Shown here piece by piece: positions 9,153 through 16,597 of a stretch of 64,000 bases of DNA. Both the position numbers and the translations under genes were made by a program. A model generated the notes under the pieces. The model made no database searches. It was not told the DNA's origin and worked only from the letters and a program-made list of their open reading frames with translations. Numbering within the stretch: the first letter of the stretch is position 1; every line of letters starts with the position of its first letter. This DNA is from a virus: positions 141,741 through 205,740 of IMG/VR virus record IMGVR_UViG_3300042465_005589. One strand, 5' to 3'.

Positions 9153-9639
9153 ACAATTCAAAAAATTTATCCTTATTTGTTTTCTCGGGTGGAAAAATAA
9201 ATGATTGAACGTGAAAGGTTATATAATCCATATCACTATAGGTCATCTTAAAATAATCATCAATCTCCTTACCGTATTCATTCTTACTTTTCTTCATACC
9301 ATTATGATTATTAAAATAGATATCAATACCAACCAAATACTTATATATCGGATTAAATGTCATAGGGTCATACACAGTTTGTTCTCTATAACCAACTGAA
9401 ACAACATCGTTAATCTCGGGACATAACTTCAAGATAACATCCTTGAATGTTTCGGGGATTGAAATCACCTTATTATCAGGAGACCCGTTGAGGTCAGGTT
9501 CAACACCTTTTTGTAATTCTCGTATAGGTTCATAATAATCCCGATAACATCCAGCAGGTCCGGTATCTATAATCCTATATGCCCCGTTTTCGTCTTCGTT
9601 TTCCATAATAACAATTAGAACATTTCTTTTACTGCACAA
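9142..9639 (-). CDS. Hypothetical protein.
   Basis: 165-aa ORF. Confidence 0.55.
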   Translation of the reverse strand: MCSKRNVLIVIMENEDENGAYRIIDTGPAGCYRDYYEPIRELQKGVEPDLNGSPDNKVISIPETFKDVILKLCPEINDVVSVGYREQTVYDPMTFNPIYKYLVGIDIYFNNHNGMKKSKNEYGKEIDDYFKMTYSDMDYITFHVQSFIFPPEKTNKDKFFELFGK

Positions 9640-9911
9640 ATATCTTGTGTTTCGTTTGTGATTTTATCTCTACGAATATCCATTTCGTTAAGTTGTTCGG
9701 CTAATGAGGCATAACCATATTCATCATTGGTCGGTTTCATTTCCCAAGCATTTACTTCAACATAATTAATAGCTTCCTCTTGAGTCATACCATCTAATTC
9801 CGGATAATCAGAAAGGGTTAATTCTACCGGTTGTTTAGTGATTGATGTTTCATAATATTCTCTTGAGAATACTGCAATTGTTTTTGGGGTTTGTTCTGTT
9901 TGTTCTGACAT
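9615..9911 (-). CDS. Hypothetical acidic protein.
   Basis: 98-aa ORF that overlaps the downstream gene by 25 nt. Confidence 0.5.
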   Translation of the reverse strand: MSEQTEQTPKTIAVFSREYYETSITKQPVELTLSDYPELDGMTQEEAINYVEVNAWEMKPTNDEYGYASLAEQLNEMDIRRDKITNETQDICAVKEMF

Positions 9912-9940
9912 GATATATAATTTTAGATAAAGATATAAAT

Positions 9941-9965
9941 AAAAAACCCCACAATCAAGTGGGGG
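9941..9965 (-). terminator. Intrinsic terminator. The minus strand reads CCCCCACTTGATTGTGGGG followed by TTTTTT.
   Basis: 6-bp GC stem plus a T run, directly after the stop of 9966..10256. Confidence 0.6.
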
Positions 9966-10256
9966 TTAATAAAGTTCCTGGTAATTACGATAATAATCAA
10001 TCCTATTACCAAAATTTTTTCTAATTAAATCAGTTACATAAACTTTCTGTCCTAATGTTAAATCCTGTCTATCCGTTAAGTCGGAAATAACACGACGAAC
10101 AACCTCATCAAAATAATCATCACGATAATAAAATCTGGATACAATTGTAGGTTCACCCATAGAAACCAAATACTTGTCAACAAGTTTTCTGATAAGGTCA
10201 ATTCTTCTCTTAAACCATATGTTATTAAATTGATTCTCTGTAATTATTATTTTCAT
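9966..10256 (-). CDS. Hypothetical protein of the ITE family (MKIIITENQFNNIW...).
   Basis: Conserved N-terminus. An intrinsic terminator follows the stop at 9941-9965. Confidence 0.6.
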   Translation of the reverse strand: MKIIITENQFNNIWFKRRIDLIRKLVDKYLVSMGEPTIVSRFYYRDDYFDEVVRRVISDLTDRQDLTLGQKVYVTDLIRKNFGNRIDYYRNYQELY

Positions 10257-10258
10257 AT

Positions 10259-10633
10259 CTATTCTTCTTTTACAAAATTATCAATAATAGTGCTAAGAGG
10301 AATTCCAAACATATCAATACCCATATAAGATAATAGTCGATGTTCATCAATACGTTCAACATATTCGGGTTTATAACCACCTTCATAAATAAACCATTCA
10401 CGACCTTCACGTTGTTGAGCCAACCACTTGCCATTTCCGGGTGTCTTAATCCAAAACATAGGTCCCCAATGATTTAATAGTGTATTAAATTCTCCTTTAC
10501 TCTCAAACATACGACGTATAAGAACATTAGCTTCCCAATAATTTGTAATCATTTCAATCGTATCCGACAAGTCATACCCCAATGTGTTGTTGACCATATT
10601 CATCAACTTACTTTCTGCAATAATAATTCTCAT
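10259..10633 (-). CDS. Hypothetical protein of the ITE family (MRIIIAESKLMNMV...), paralog of 4897..5259.
   Basis: See 4897..5259. Repeat copy B sits directly upstream. Confidence 0.65.
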   Translation of the reverse strand: MRIIIAESKLMNMVNNTLGYDLSDTIEMITNYWEANVLIRRMFESKGEFNTLLNHWGPMFWIKTPGNGKWLAQQREGREWFIYEGGYKPEYVERIDEHRLLSYMGIDMFGIPLSTIIDNFVKEE

Positions 10634-10656
10634 AATGATAAATATACATCATTCCA

Positions 10657-10704
10657 AAAAAAGGGGGCGGGGGGATTTGAGAACGACCGAAGGGAGTCCG
10701 GGTT
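10657..10704. repeat. Intergenic repeat copy B (AAAAAAAGGGGGCGGGGGGATTTGAGAACGACCGAAGGGAGTCCGGGTTATC).
   Basis: It shares an identical 19-nt core, GACCGAAGGGAGTCCGGGT, with copy C. It sits directly upstream of 10259..10633 and overlaps the stop of 10703..11302. Confidence 0.6.
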
Positions 10705-11302
10705 ATCTTTCATTATAAAAATCATCTAAAAATATTTCCAAAGAAGTTTTAGTATTATTTCTCATCATACTAAGTTTTATTAATCTATTGTAATCATCAC
10801 TCCCCTTAACAAATGTTTTAGAAAGACCAACTTGGGTATTACCCTCATTTGACTTTTTTGTCCCATTTTGATATGTTAAATTAAACTCTTTCACAAATGA
10901 ATATAATGGAATACAGTAGTATTCCGTATTAAAATTATCTAAAGCGTCTACGAAGGTAATTAATAAAAAATCAAAATGTTGATAAGGTCTAATATTCTTA
11001 ACATTAAACTTCTTATTTACACTTATTGATAATTTATTTTCAAAAACAATATTCTCTTTAGTTTTTTTGGTTCTAAGAAAAAAATCACCATACCCTAATG
11101 ATGCGGGAATAGGATACAAATACTTAAAATGATATAATAATTTATCCGTCCATTTATTACCATAAGACTGTGAATTACAATACAAGTAACAATTAATAAA
11201 AAATCTAATCCAATCCCCTTTGAATACAATATCTGAAATTACATTATGACTAACTAATTTCTTATTAGCTAATACCAATTCTTTTAATACGTTTTTTCTC
11301 AT
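10703..11302 (-). CDS. Hypothetical protein, weak candidate for a PD-(D/E)xK-type nuclease. The gene is bracketed by repeat copies B and C.
   Basis: The track ORF starts at a TTG (11308) and the first ATG is at 11300-11302. A possible D...(IVF)ENK motif (GYGDFFL ... IVFENKL) is the only functional hint. Confidence 0.5.
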   Translation of the reverse strand: MRKNVLKELVLANKKLVSHNVISDIVFKGDWIRFFINCYLYCNSQSYGNKWTDKLLYHFKYLYPIPASLGYGDFFLRTKKTKENIVFENKLSISVNKKFNVKNIRPYQHFDFLLITFVDALDNFNTEYYCIPLYSFVKEFNLTYQNGTKKSNEGNTQVGLSKTFVKGSDDYNRLIKLSMMRNNTKTSLEIFLDDFYNER

Positions 11303-11317
11303 TATCAATTTATTTTT

Positions 11318-11345
11318 GACAAAGATATAAATAATATTTTAATTA
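11318..11345 (-). promoter_or_regulatory. Conserved upstream motif copy (GACAAAGATATAAATAATATTTT).
   Basis: About 15 nt upstream of the start of 10703..11302. Confidence 0.45.
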
Positions 11346-11353
11346 TCCAAACA

Positions 11354-11430
11354 AAAAAGGGGGCGGGGGGATTGAACCCGACCGAAGGGAGTCCGGGTCC
11401 ACAGAGGTCCGTCATTCCCGACCCCAACCG
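11354..11430. repeat. Intergenic repeat copy C, the longest (AAAAAAGGGGGCGGGGGGATTGAACCCGACCGAAGGGAGTCCGGGTCCACAGAGGTCCGTCATTCCCGACCCCAACC).
   Basis: It sits upstream of 10703..11302 and overlaps the 3' end of 11412..11819. Confidence 0.6.
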
Positions 11431-11819
11431 TAATGAATAATCTTACCATTCACGTATTCCTTCCAAGTTTTATTCCAACGTCCCGAGAACAATACCGTCA
11501 TACATCCGGAACTATTAGATATCCGATGATAGGAATCACGGGGGAAATAAACCAACACCTTCTCACGTCTAGCAATACGATATTCCCCACTAATCTCATC
11601 ATCCAAGATGTGCTCGTCATACCCCCCAAACAGTTTCACAGACCACGCGTTAAAAGCGTGGGTATGAAACCTATCCTGACTACCAAAGGATTTATGAAAA
11701 TAAAAGAAGATGATGGAGAATAGCCACTTACATTCAAAGACCACGAATTGACTAACGATTTGTTCCCCAAACTCAAACCTGTTGTATTTGAGAAATGAAA
11801 TTGATTTTGTTTTTACCAT
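11412..11819 (-). CDS. Hypothetical protein, locally higher in GC. Its C-terminal codons overlap repeat copy C.
   Basis: 135 aa, preferred over the antisense ORF 11433..11723 because it is longer and matches the strand of its neighbours. Identity unknown. Confidence 0.4.
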   Translation of the reverse strand: MVKTKSISFLKYNRFEFGEQIVSQFVVFECKWLFSIIFFYFHKSFGSQDRFHTHAFNAWSVKLFGGYDEHILDDEISGEYRIARREKVLVYFPRDSYHRISNSSGCMTVLFSGRWNKTWKEYVNGKIIHYGWGRE

Positions 11820-11890
11820 AATTGTTATATACCTTATGGAATTAAATGATAATCAATTATATTCCGGATGTCAACCAATCAAAGCGGGGG

Positions 11891-13153
11891 TTAATGTCTA
11901 TTCCCTTGACTCTTGTTATCAGAACTCTCCTGTAACACCAAGTTATCATACGTACTATCACCACCTTTAGAATGTGGTTTATCCTTATGACCCCCATTTA
12001 TAACCTTACCGTTCTTAACCTGAAGGGGGGTGTAAATCTCAACACTACCATCCAACCTCGTAACAACACCTCCGGTCTCAATACACTTAGCCAACTTCTC
12101 CATCTCAGTGAACAATCTCTTAGAATCCAACTCATAGAAGTATTCCCCAATAAACGGGTGGAAATCATTATACATACACTCAAACTTATATTTCAAATTC
12201 TTAGTCATAGAACGACATAGATATGTCCAATTACTATTCATAGGATTCTTAAAGGTATCAATTATCCTCTGATTGTCCAATTCCAAATACTTATCAACAA
12301 ACTCAGATATCAAATCCTTATTCAATACACAGTTGTATTCACGACTCATATCCAATAAGAACATAAACAAATTAAATGAATTACCCTTAGTAATATCCGA
12401 TTTAGTTTCGTGTATCAAATTAATACACTTACCCCATACCTTCATAATGTCATTGAAATTCTTCTCATTGAATATTTCAACATTCTTATACATCAAATCC
12501 AAATTAGTAGTGTTCAATGTCTTGTCCTTTGATTGGTGATAAGATAAAAACTGACTAACCAATTCCAAATCTTTCATCCTTGAAAAGGTCAACCCACTTA
12601 TCTTTAATAACTCCCCACTATAATCAATACCGTTCTTACGAATAAACTCAGAAATAATCCCCTCCTCAGCATTCCTTCTCTCTTGGGGATTAGCAGATGT
12701 ATTACTGTTCAAATTAATGAAGGTTCTATGTAATTGATTCTTCGTAGCATTGAAAATATACTTTAAACTAATCTCACTATTGAAGAAGTCAAACATCATA
12801 TCACTCAATGGGGAATTCCAATCAATCTCATTATACTTCTCAATCAAAAACTCAGTCCTGTTCCCCCCATCTATTGAAATGTAACGATACCCCTGATTCC
12901 ATAAACTTGAAAAATATTCATAGTCCTTCGTATTATTCTGACTAAAGGAATATTCCATTGAAGACTTAATGTCACACAATACAATGTTACTCGCATCTGT
13001 ACCATCTAACAATGATAAATGATAACTAACCTTGTCGGTTTTCTTCCACACTTTTCTTCTTTGAATAGTTGGGTCATAATATACCCTATTCCCCTTAACA
13101 ATGTGAATGAACCCCTGAATTGTTTTTGACTCGTACTTCTTAATGATTCCCAT
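11891..13153 (-). CDS. Candidate GmrSD-like type IV (modification-dependent) restriction protein, with an N-terminal DUF262 (ParB-like) region and a C-terminal DUF1524 (HNH-like) region.
   Basis: DUF262-like motifs YYDPTIQRRKVW and ISIDGGNRTEF (compare xPxYQRxYxW ... IDGQQR). C-terminal GGHKDKPHSKGGDSTYDNLVLQESSDNKSQGN resembles the DUF1524 H..P...GG...NL.L...N..KGN signature. Promoter motif lies 27 nt upstream. Confidence 0.55.
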   Translation of the reverse strand: MGIIKKYESKTIQGFIHIVKGNRVYYDPTIQRRKVWKKTDKVSYHLSLLDGTDASNIVLCDIKSSMEYSFSQNNTKDYEYFSSLWNQGYRYISIDGGNRTEFLIEKYNEIDWNSPLSDMMFDFFNSEISLKYIFNATKNQLHRTFINLNSNTSANPQERRNAEEGIISEFIRKNGIDYSGELLKISGLTFSRMKDLELVSQFLSYHQSKDKTLNTTNLDLMYKNVEIFNEKNFNDIMKVWGKCINLIHETKSDITKGNSFNLFMFLLDMSREYNCVLNKDLISEFVDKYLELDNQRIIDTFKNPMNSNWTYLCRSMTKNLKYKFECMYNDFHPFIGEYFYELDSKRLFTEMEKLAKCIETGGVVTRLDGSVEIYTPLQVKNGKVINGGHKDKPHSKGGDSTYDNLVLQESSDNKSQGNRH

Positions 13154-13179
13154 AACGTTTATGTTTTAAAGTTTAACGG

Positions 13180-13207
13180 GACAAAGATAATACTTTTTTT
13201 TTAATAA
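13180..13207 (-). promoter_or_regulatory. Conserved upstream motif copy (GACAAAGATAATACTTTTTTTTTTAATA).
   Basis: 27 nt upstream of the GmrSD-like gene start. Confidence 0.5.
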
Positions 13208-13426
13208 CCAAATTTTTTCCAGAATTTTTTTTTTCATATCTCATATTCCAATATACGATATGACCCCATCCGGAAATTTTCCGGATTACTAATCATTATT
13301 TCCGGATACCCAATTAACAGGGGGGATTTTCCCCAATTTTTTTCCAAAAATTTTTTAAGGTTTTTTTTCTCGAATACTTTGTTTAAGGGATTATCCCCCC
13401 TATTTGACTGTCAATATGTCATATAT

Positions 13427-13475
13427 GGAGGGGGGATACGGGGGAGGGAGGGGGTATGCCCCCACATAGGGGGTA
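13427..13475 (+). other. G-quadruplex-forming motif (G6-ATAC-G5-A-G3-A-G5) that overlaps mutually exclusive GC hairpins (GGGGGTATGCCCCC and CCCCCACATAGGGGG).
   Basis: GGAGGGGGGATACGGGGGAGGGAGGGGGTATGCCCCCACATAGGGGG, set in a genome of about 30% GC. Confidence 0.6.
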
Positions 13476-13531
13476 AGATGGGAGGAGTTATCATAAGTTA
13501 TGAACACTCCCTCCGGTATGATGTTAATAAG

Positions 13532-13972
13532 TTATTGCATTATGTAATGGTCACGACGTATTCGTCTTGGTACATTAACTATCTCCCCTCTGAAGTTTTC
13601 GTAAGGGTAATTGATTTGGAATTCTTCCGGTAGTTGTTCATTGACATCAGTCATTAGACGTTCCATGTTATCTGTTGTATCATATGATAGGTCTTTAAGT
13701 TGGGGGTTGTCATCGTAACTGAATAGACCACCCAATGTATATGTTTCATATGGACCTTGTGTATCAAGATGTTCTACCCAATGTTTATTGGTTTCAATAC
13801 CAAAGAAGTTAGCTAACATCTTATAGTCCACCATGAAGTCAATGTTTAACATGGTATCATACTTAAGGAAGTCATTAGATGGTTTCCATCCTAAGATGAA
13901 AGGGTATTTCTTTTTGATAGCGTTGACCATCATGTCCACACTTCTCATTTGTTTTTTAGTTAATTGTTCCAT
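13532..13972 (-). CDS. Hypothetical protein inside the low-coding region.
   Basis: 146-aa ORF with protein-like composition. Confidence 0.5.
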   Translation of the reverse strand: MEQLTKKQMRSVDMMVNAIKKKYPFILGWKPSNDFLKYDTMLNIDFMVDYKMLANFFGIETNKHWVEHLDTQGPYETYTLGGLFSYDDNPQLKDLSYDTTDNMERLMTDVNEQLPEEFQINYPYENFRGEIVNVPRRIRRDHYIMQ

Positions 13973-14054
13973 ATGTTAATAAATATAATGAAATTTGTTT
14001 GTGGATACAAATCTTTTTTGTATCTTTGTACCACAGAATCGGTAATCAGTCCGG

Positions 14055-14096
14055 ATGGGGGCGAACCTTAAGGGTGGAAGAGTAGACTCCACAGCG
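14055..14096. repeat. Degenerate repeat copy D (GGATGGGGGCGAACCTTAAGGGTGGAAGAGTAGACTCCACAG).
   Basis: It shares the GGGGGCG(A/G), AAGGG and CCACAG segments with copy C. Confidence 0.35.
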
Positions 14097-14414
14097 CTCT
14101 ATATTTATATATATCCCCCCATTTACTGAGAATATGATAATGGAGTATATATACTTCTGAAAATAATTGTTAATGAATCCCCCATTTTGTTGAGAATGTC
14201 ATAATTTATTTATATCTTTGTTAATTGACGGTGATTATCGCCGGTAACTATTAAACATTTAAACTATGATGATACTATTTAATATACTAATTGTGATGGG
14301 GGTTCTTATTTTCATTGGTGAAGTTGTGGCTCAGAAACTACCTAAAGACAATTCCTTTGTTATATGGTGGAGGAAACATATCATCGAACATTTATCCGAT
14401 GATGACCCCCGATT

Positions 14415-14744
14415 CTAATTCCCGTTTATAATATAGTCCTCGACACATTGAAGGGAATGTTCCCTTATCTCCATAGTCATCCCTGTTAAGTCATCACTTG
14501 ATAGGGGGGAATCTATATTTATCTTTTCTATAATATCCCCCATCTCACATGCCGTTAGAAGTAAAATCTTTTGACTGATTGGTTTTCTCTGTCCCGGAAG
14601 ACTAACATAATTATACTCACACACTCCTGTGTACTGCTCATAACTATAATTTACAATATACTTTTCCCCCTCACAAACAACCTCAATTGCGAAATTGTTT
14701 AGTAATCTTTGACTCTTATTTAGACTTGTTCTGTTTTGGTACAT
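14415..14744 (-). CDS. Hypothetical protein inside the low-coding region.
   Basis: 109-aa ORF. Confidence 0.45.
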   Translation of the reverse strand: MYQNRTSLNKSQRLLNNFAIEVVCEGEKYIVNYSYEQYTGVCEYNYVSLPGQRKPISQKILLLTACEMGDIIEKINIDSPLSSDDLTGMTMEIREHSLQCVEDYIINGN

Positions 14745-15282
14745 ATTATTAACACTTATTTGTTAATAAATATAAGGGTCTAATGTTTATTCTACATACT
14801 CATGGGGGGAATTGTTGATAACTTAATATGTTAAATTCCTTGATTTTGTCAAAATGTCATGTCTGTTTCACGATGGGGATAATCCTTTTTCCCACTTTTT
14901 CCCCCATTTAACCTACACAGTCTACCACTTTTTACCACCGGATATGGTCATGACGCTATGTCAGTGTCCACTTTTCCCCCTCTGTAGGTAGTGTTAGGAC
15001 CAATAAATTAGGTATAGACGTTTCCCAGTAAATTGTATTAGTTATGGTCTATGATGCGGTGGAACCGTTAGGTGTTAGGAGATTCACTTCAACGACCCGT
15101 TAAGGGTATATAATTGACCACTAATGAACGAATTAAAAATATATAATATGGGACACTATAGAGACATAAAATACCATTAAAACTTACTATTCGTATCACT
15201 CTTGTGAGTTTAAAACTGACTGTAGTGATACAAAACATAACTTTTTAATCGATACCGTAATACAAGTTACCGTAACGTCCAT

Positions 15283-15340
15283 TACAATGTTCATTTAAAT
15301 CTATTGTTCATTGCAAATGAACATACTCTAATAATGAACA
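15283..15340. promoter_or_regulatory. Cluster of TGTTCATT / AATGAACA half-sites, including the palindrome TGTTCATTGCAAATGAACA. Operator-like.
   Basis: Four half-sites within 58 nt at 15288-15295, 15305-15323 and 15333-15340. Confidence 0.4.
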
Positions 15341-15712
15341 CCTCATCCGGATAACTAATCATGTCTGTAGTTTGTGTCGGAGACCGACACATAGTGGAGT
15401 CCCACTCTATATGGGGGGAACTTGTTCCCCCAACATAAATGGGGGGATTGTTTACTTGACTATTAATGGTCAATAGTAAAATGTATATATGGTGAGTAAA
15501 AGGATTATAATATATGATGTGTAAAGTAAAACAGTTATAATATGTAAACTAATAGTATCTGTATAGATTATTGAGTTTTTTATACAGATGGAAGTTAACG
15601 TATATAAATAAATGGATTTCTTATACATAAGAAAATAGTAAAGGATAAAACTATGAGTGAATTCCGGAGTGAAACGCAGGACTATGAACGAATGGTTTAA
15701 TCGTTTAGTATT

Positions 15713-16171
15713 TTACATATTGTATTCTAATGCGTCAACCATAAACAGGAAAATCTCATCTAATGTATTATCATCTAAATCCGTATATCGTTCAGTAAAA
15801 CTACCTTTGTGTCTATCATACTCTTCACCATCATAAACATCTATGGTAACAAAGTCCGGATTGAAATACTCAATTTGTTGTAACTCATAATCAGGAGAAC
15901 CATATGGAATAGCATTCATATTTAATTCATACGTAGATATCCCGGTTGAATTGTATTTTTCTGTTAACTGTTTTATTGCATCTCTAATGAAATTAATTTT
16001 ATCATCAATGGTAAAGTATTTGTGACCAAGAATATTTAATATTGGTTCATATCCACCCATTAACTTAATGGTATGATATAACCCGTACTTGGATATCATA
16101 TTCTTCACCATTTCCTCCCGGTTCTCCGTTAGTAATGATTGGATTCTATGTATGTTCTCGTGTAAATTCAT
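15713..16171 (-). CDS. Hypothetical protein of the MNL N-terminal family (MNLHENIHRIQSLLTEN...), paralog of 16175..16597.
   Basis: Conserved N-terminus plus an internal similar block (LQQIEYFNPDFVTIDVYDGEEYDRHKGSF vs LRQIEYLGKNRAMVDVYDEDMGTHLGDY). Confidence 0.6.
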   Translation of the reverse strand: MNLHENIHRIQSLLTENREEMVKNMISKYGLYHTIKLMGGYEPILNILGHKYFTIDDKINFIRDAIKQLTEKYNSTGISTYELNMNAIPYGSPDYELQQIEYFNPDFVTIDVYDGEEYDRHKGSFTERYTDLDDNTLDEIFLFMVDALEYNM

Positions 16172-16174
16172 ATC

Positions 16175-16597
16175 TTACTTATTGATTAATATCTCAACCA
16201 ATTCATCAAGTATTTGCCCCGGCAAACTTTCATATGGAATATTATAATCACCTAAATGAGTACCCATATCCTCATCATAAACATCTACCATAGCTCGGTT
16301 CTTACCCAAATATTCTATTTGACGTAATTCACCATCCTGTTCACTAAAATGAATTGGTTCTTCATTTATCTCGTGTAAAGCAAAACCACTACCATCATCA
16401 TTTATTTCTATAATTTTCTCTTTAATATAATTTACTTTGTCAATTTCCTTTAAGTATGGCTCAATCACATAGTAATTCCCCGTCATTTTAATGGCGTCAG
16501 CAACACCCATCTTGTCAATCATATTTCTGATGGCTTTATCCCTGTCATTTTCAGAGATTAAGGTATTAATTCTTTGTATGTTTTCTATTAAGTTCAT
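16175..16597 (-). CDS. Hypothetical protein of the MNL family (MNLIENIQRINTLISEN...).
   Basis: Paralog of 15713..16171. Confidence 0.6.
   Translation of the reverse strand: MNLIENIQRINTLISENDRDKAIRNMIDKMGVADAIKMTGNYYVIEPYLKEIDKVNYIKEKIIEINDDGSGFALHEINEEPIHFSEQDGELRQIEYLGKNRAMVDVYDEDMGTHLGDYNIPYESLPGQILDELVEILINK

Noticed and set aside
11354-11430. I tried to read the intergenic repeat as a tRNA or tRNA fragment, because copy C contains GGTCGGGTTCAATCC (T-arm-like) on the minus strand.
   Set aside because: I could not fold a cloverleaf. The presumed T-stem has only 3 of 5 base pairs, no complementary acceptor 5' strand exists, and copies A and B lack the TTCAATC loop. I report it as a repeat, not as an RNA gene.
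11433-11723. Plus-strand 96-aa ORF antisense to 11412..11819.
   Set aside because: The minus-strand ORF is longer and matches the orientation of the surrounding operon. This is uncertain; the locally raised GC keeps both frames open.
13379-13633. Plus-strand 84-aa ORF across the G-rich tract.
   Set aside because: It translates the G4 and hairpin tracts as Gly runs (GGGIRGREGV) and is more likely a structured non-coding region.
14296-14418. Possible 40-aa membrane peptide (MGVLIFIGEVVAQKLPKDNSFVIWWRKHIIEHLSDDDPRF) on the plus strand.
   Set aside because: It is very short and has no supporting signal. An upstream in-frame stop limits it to 40 codons.
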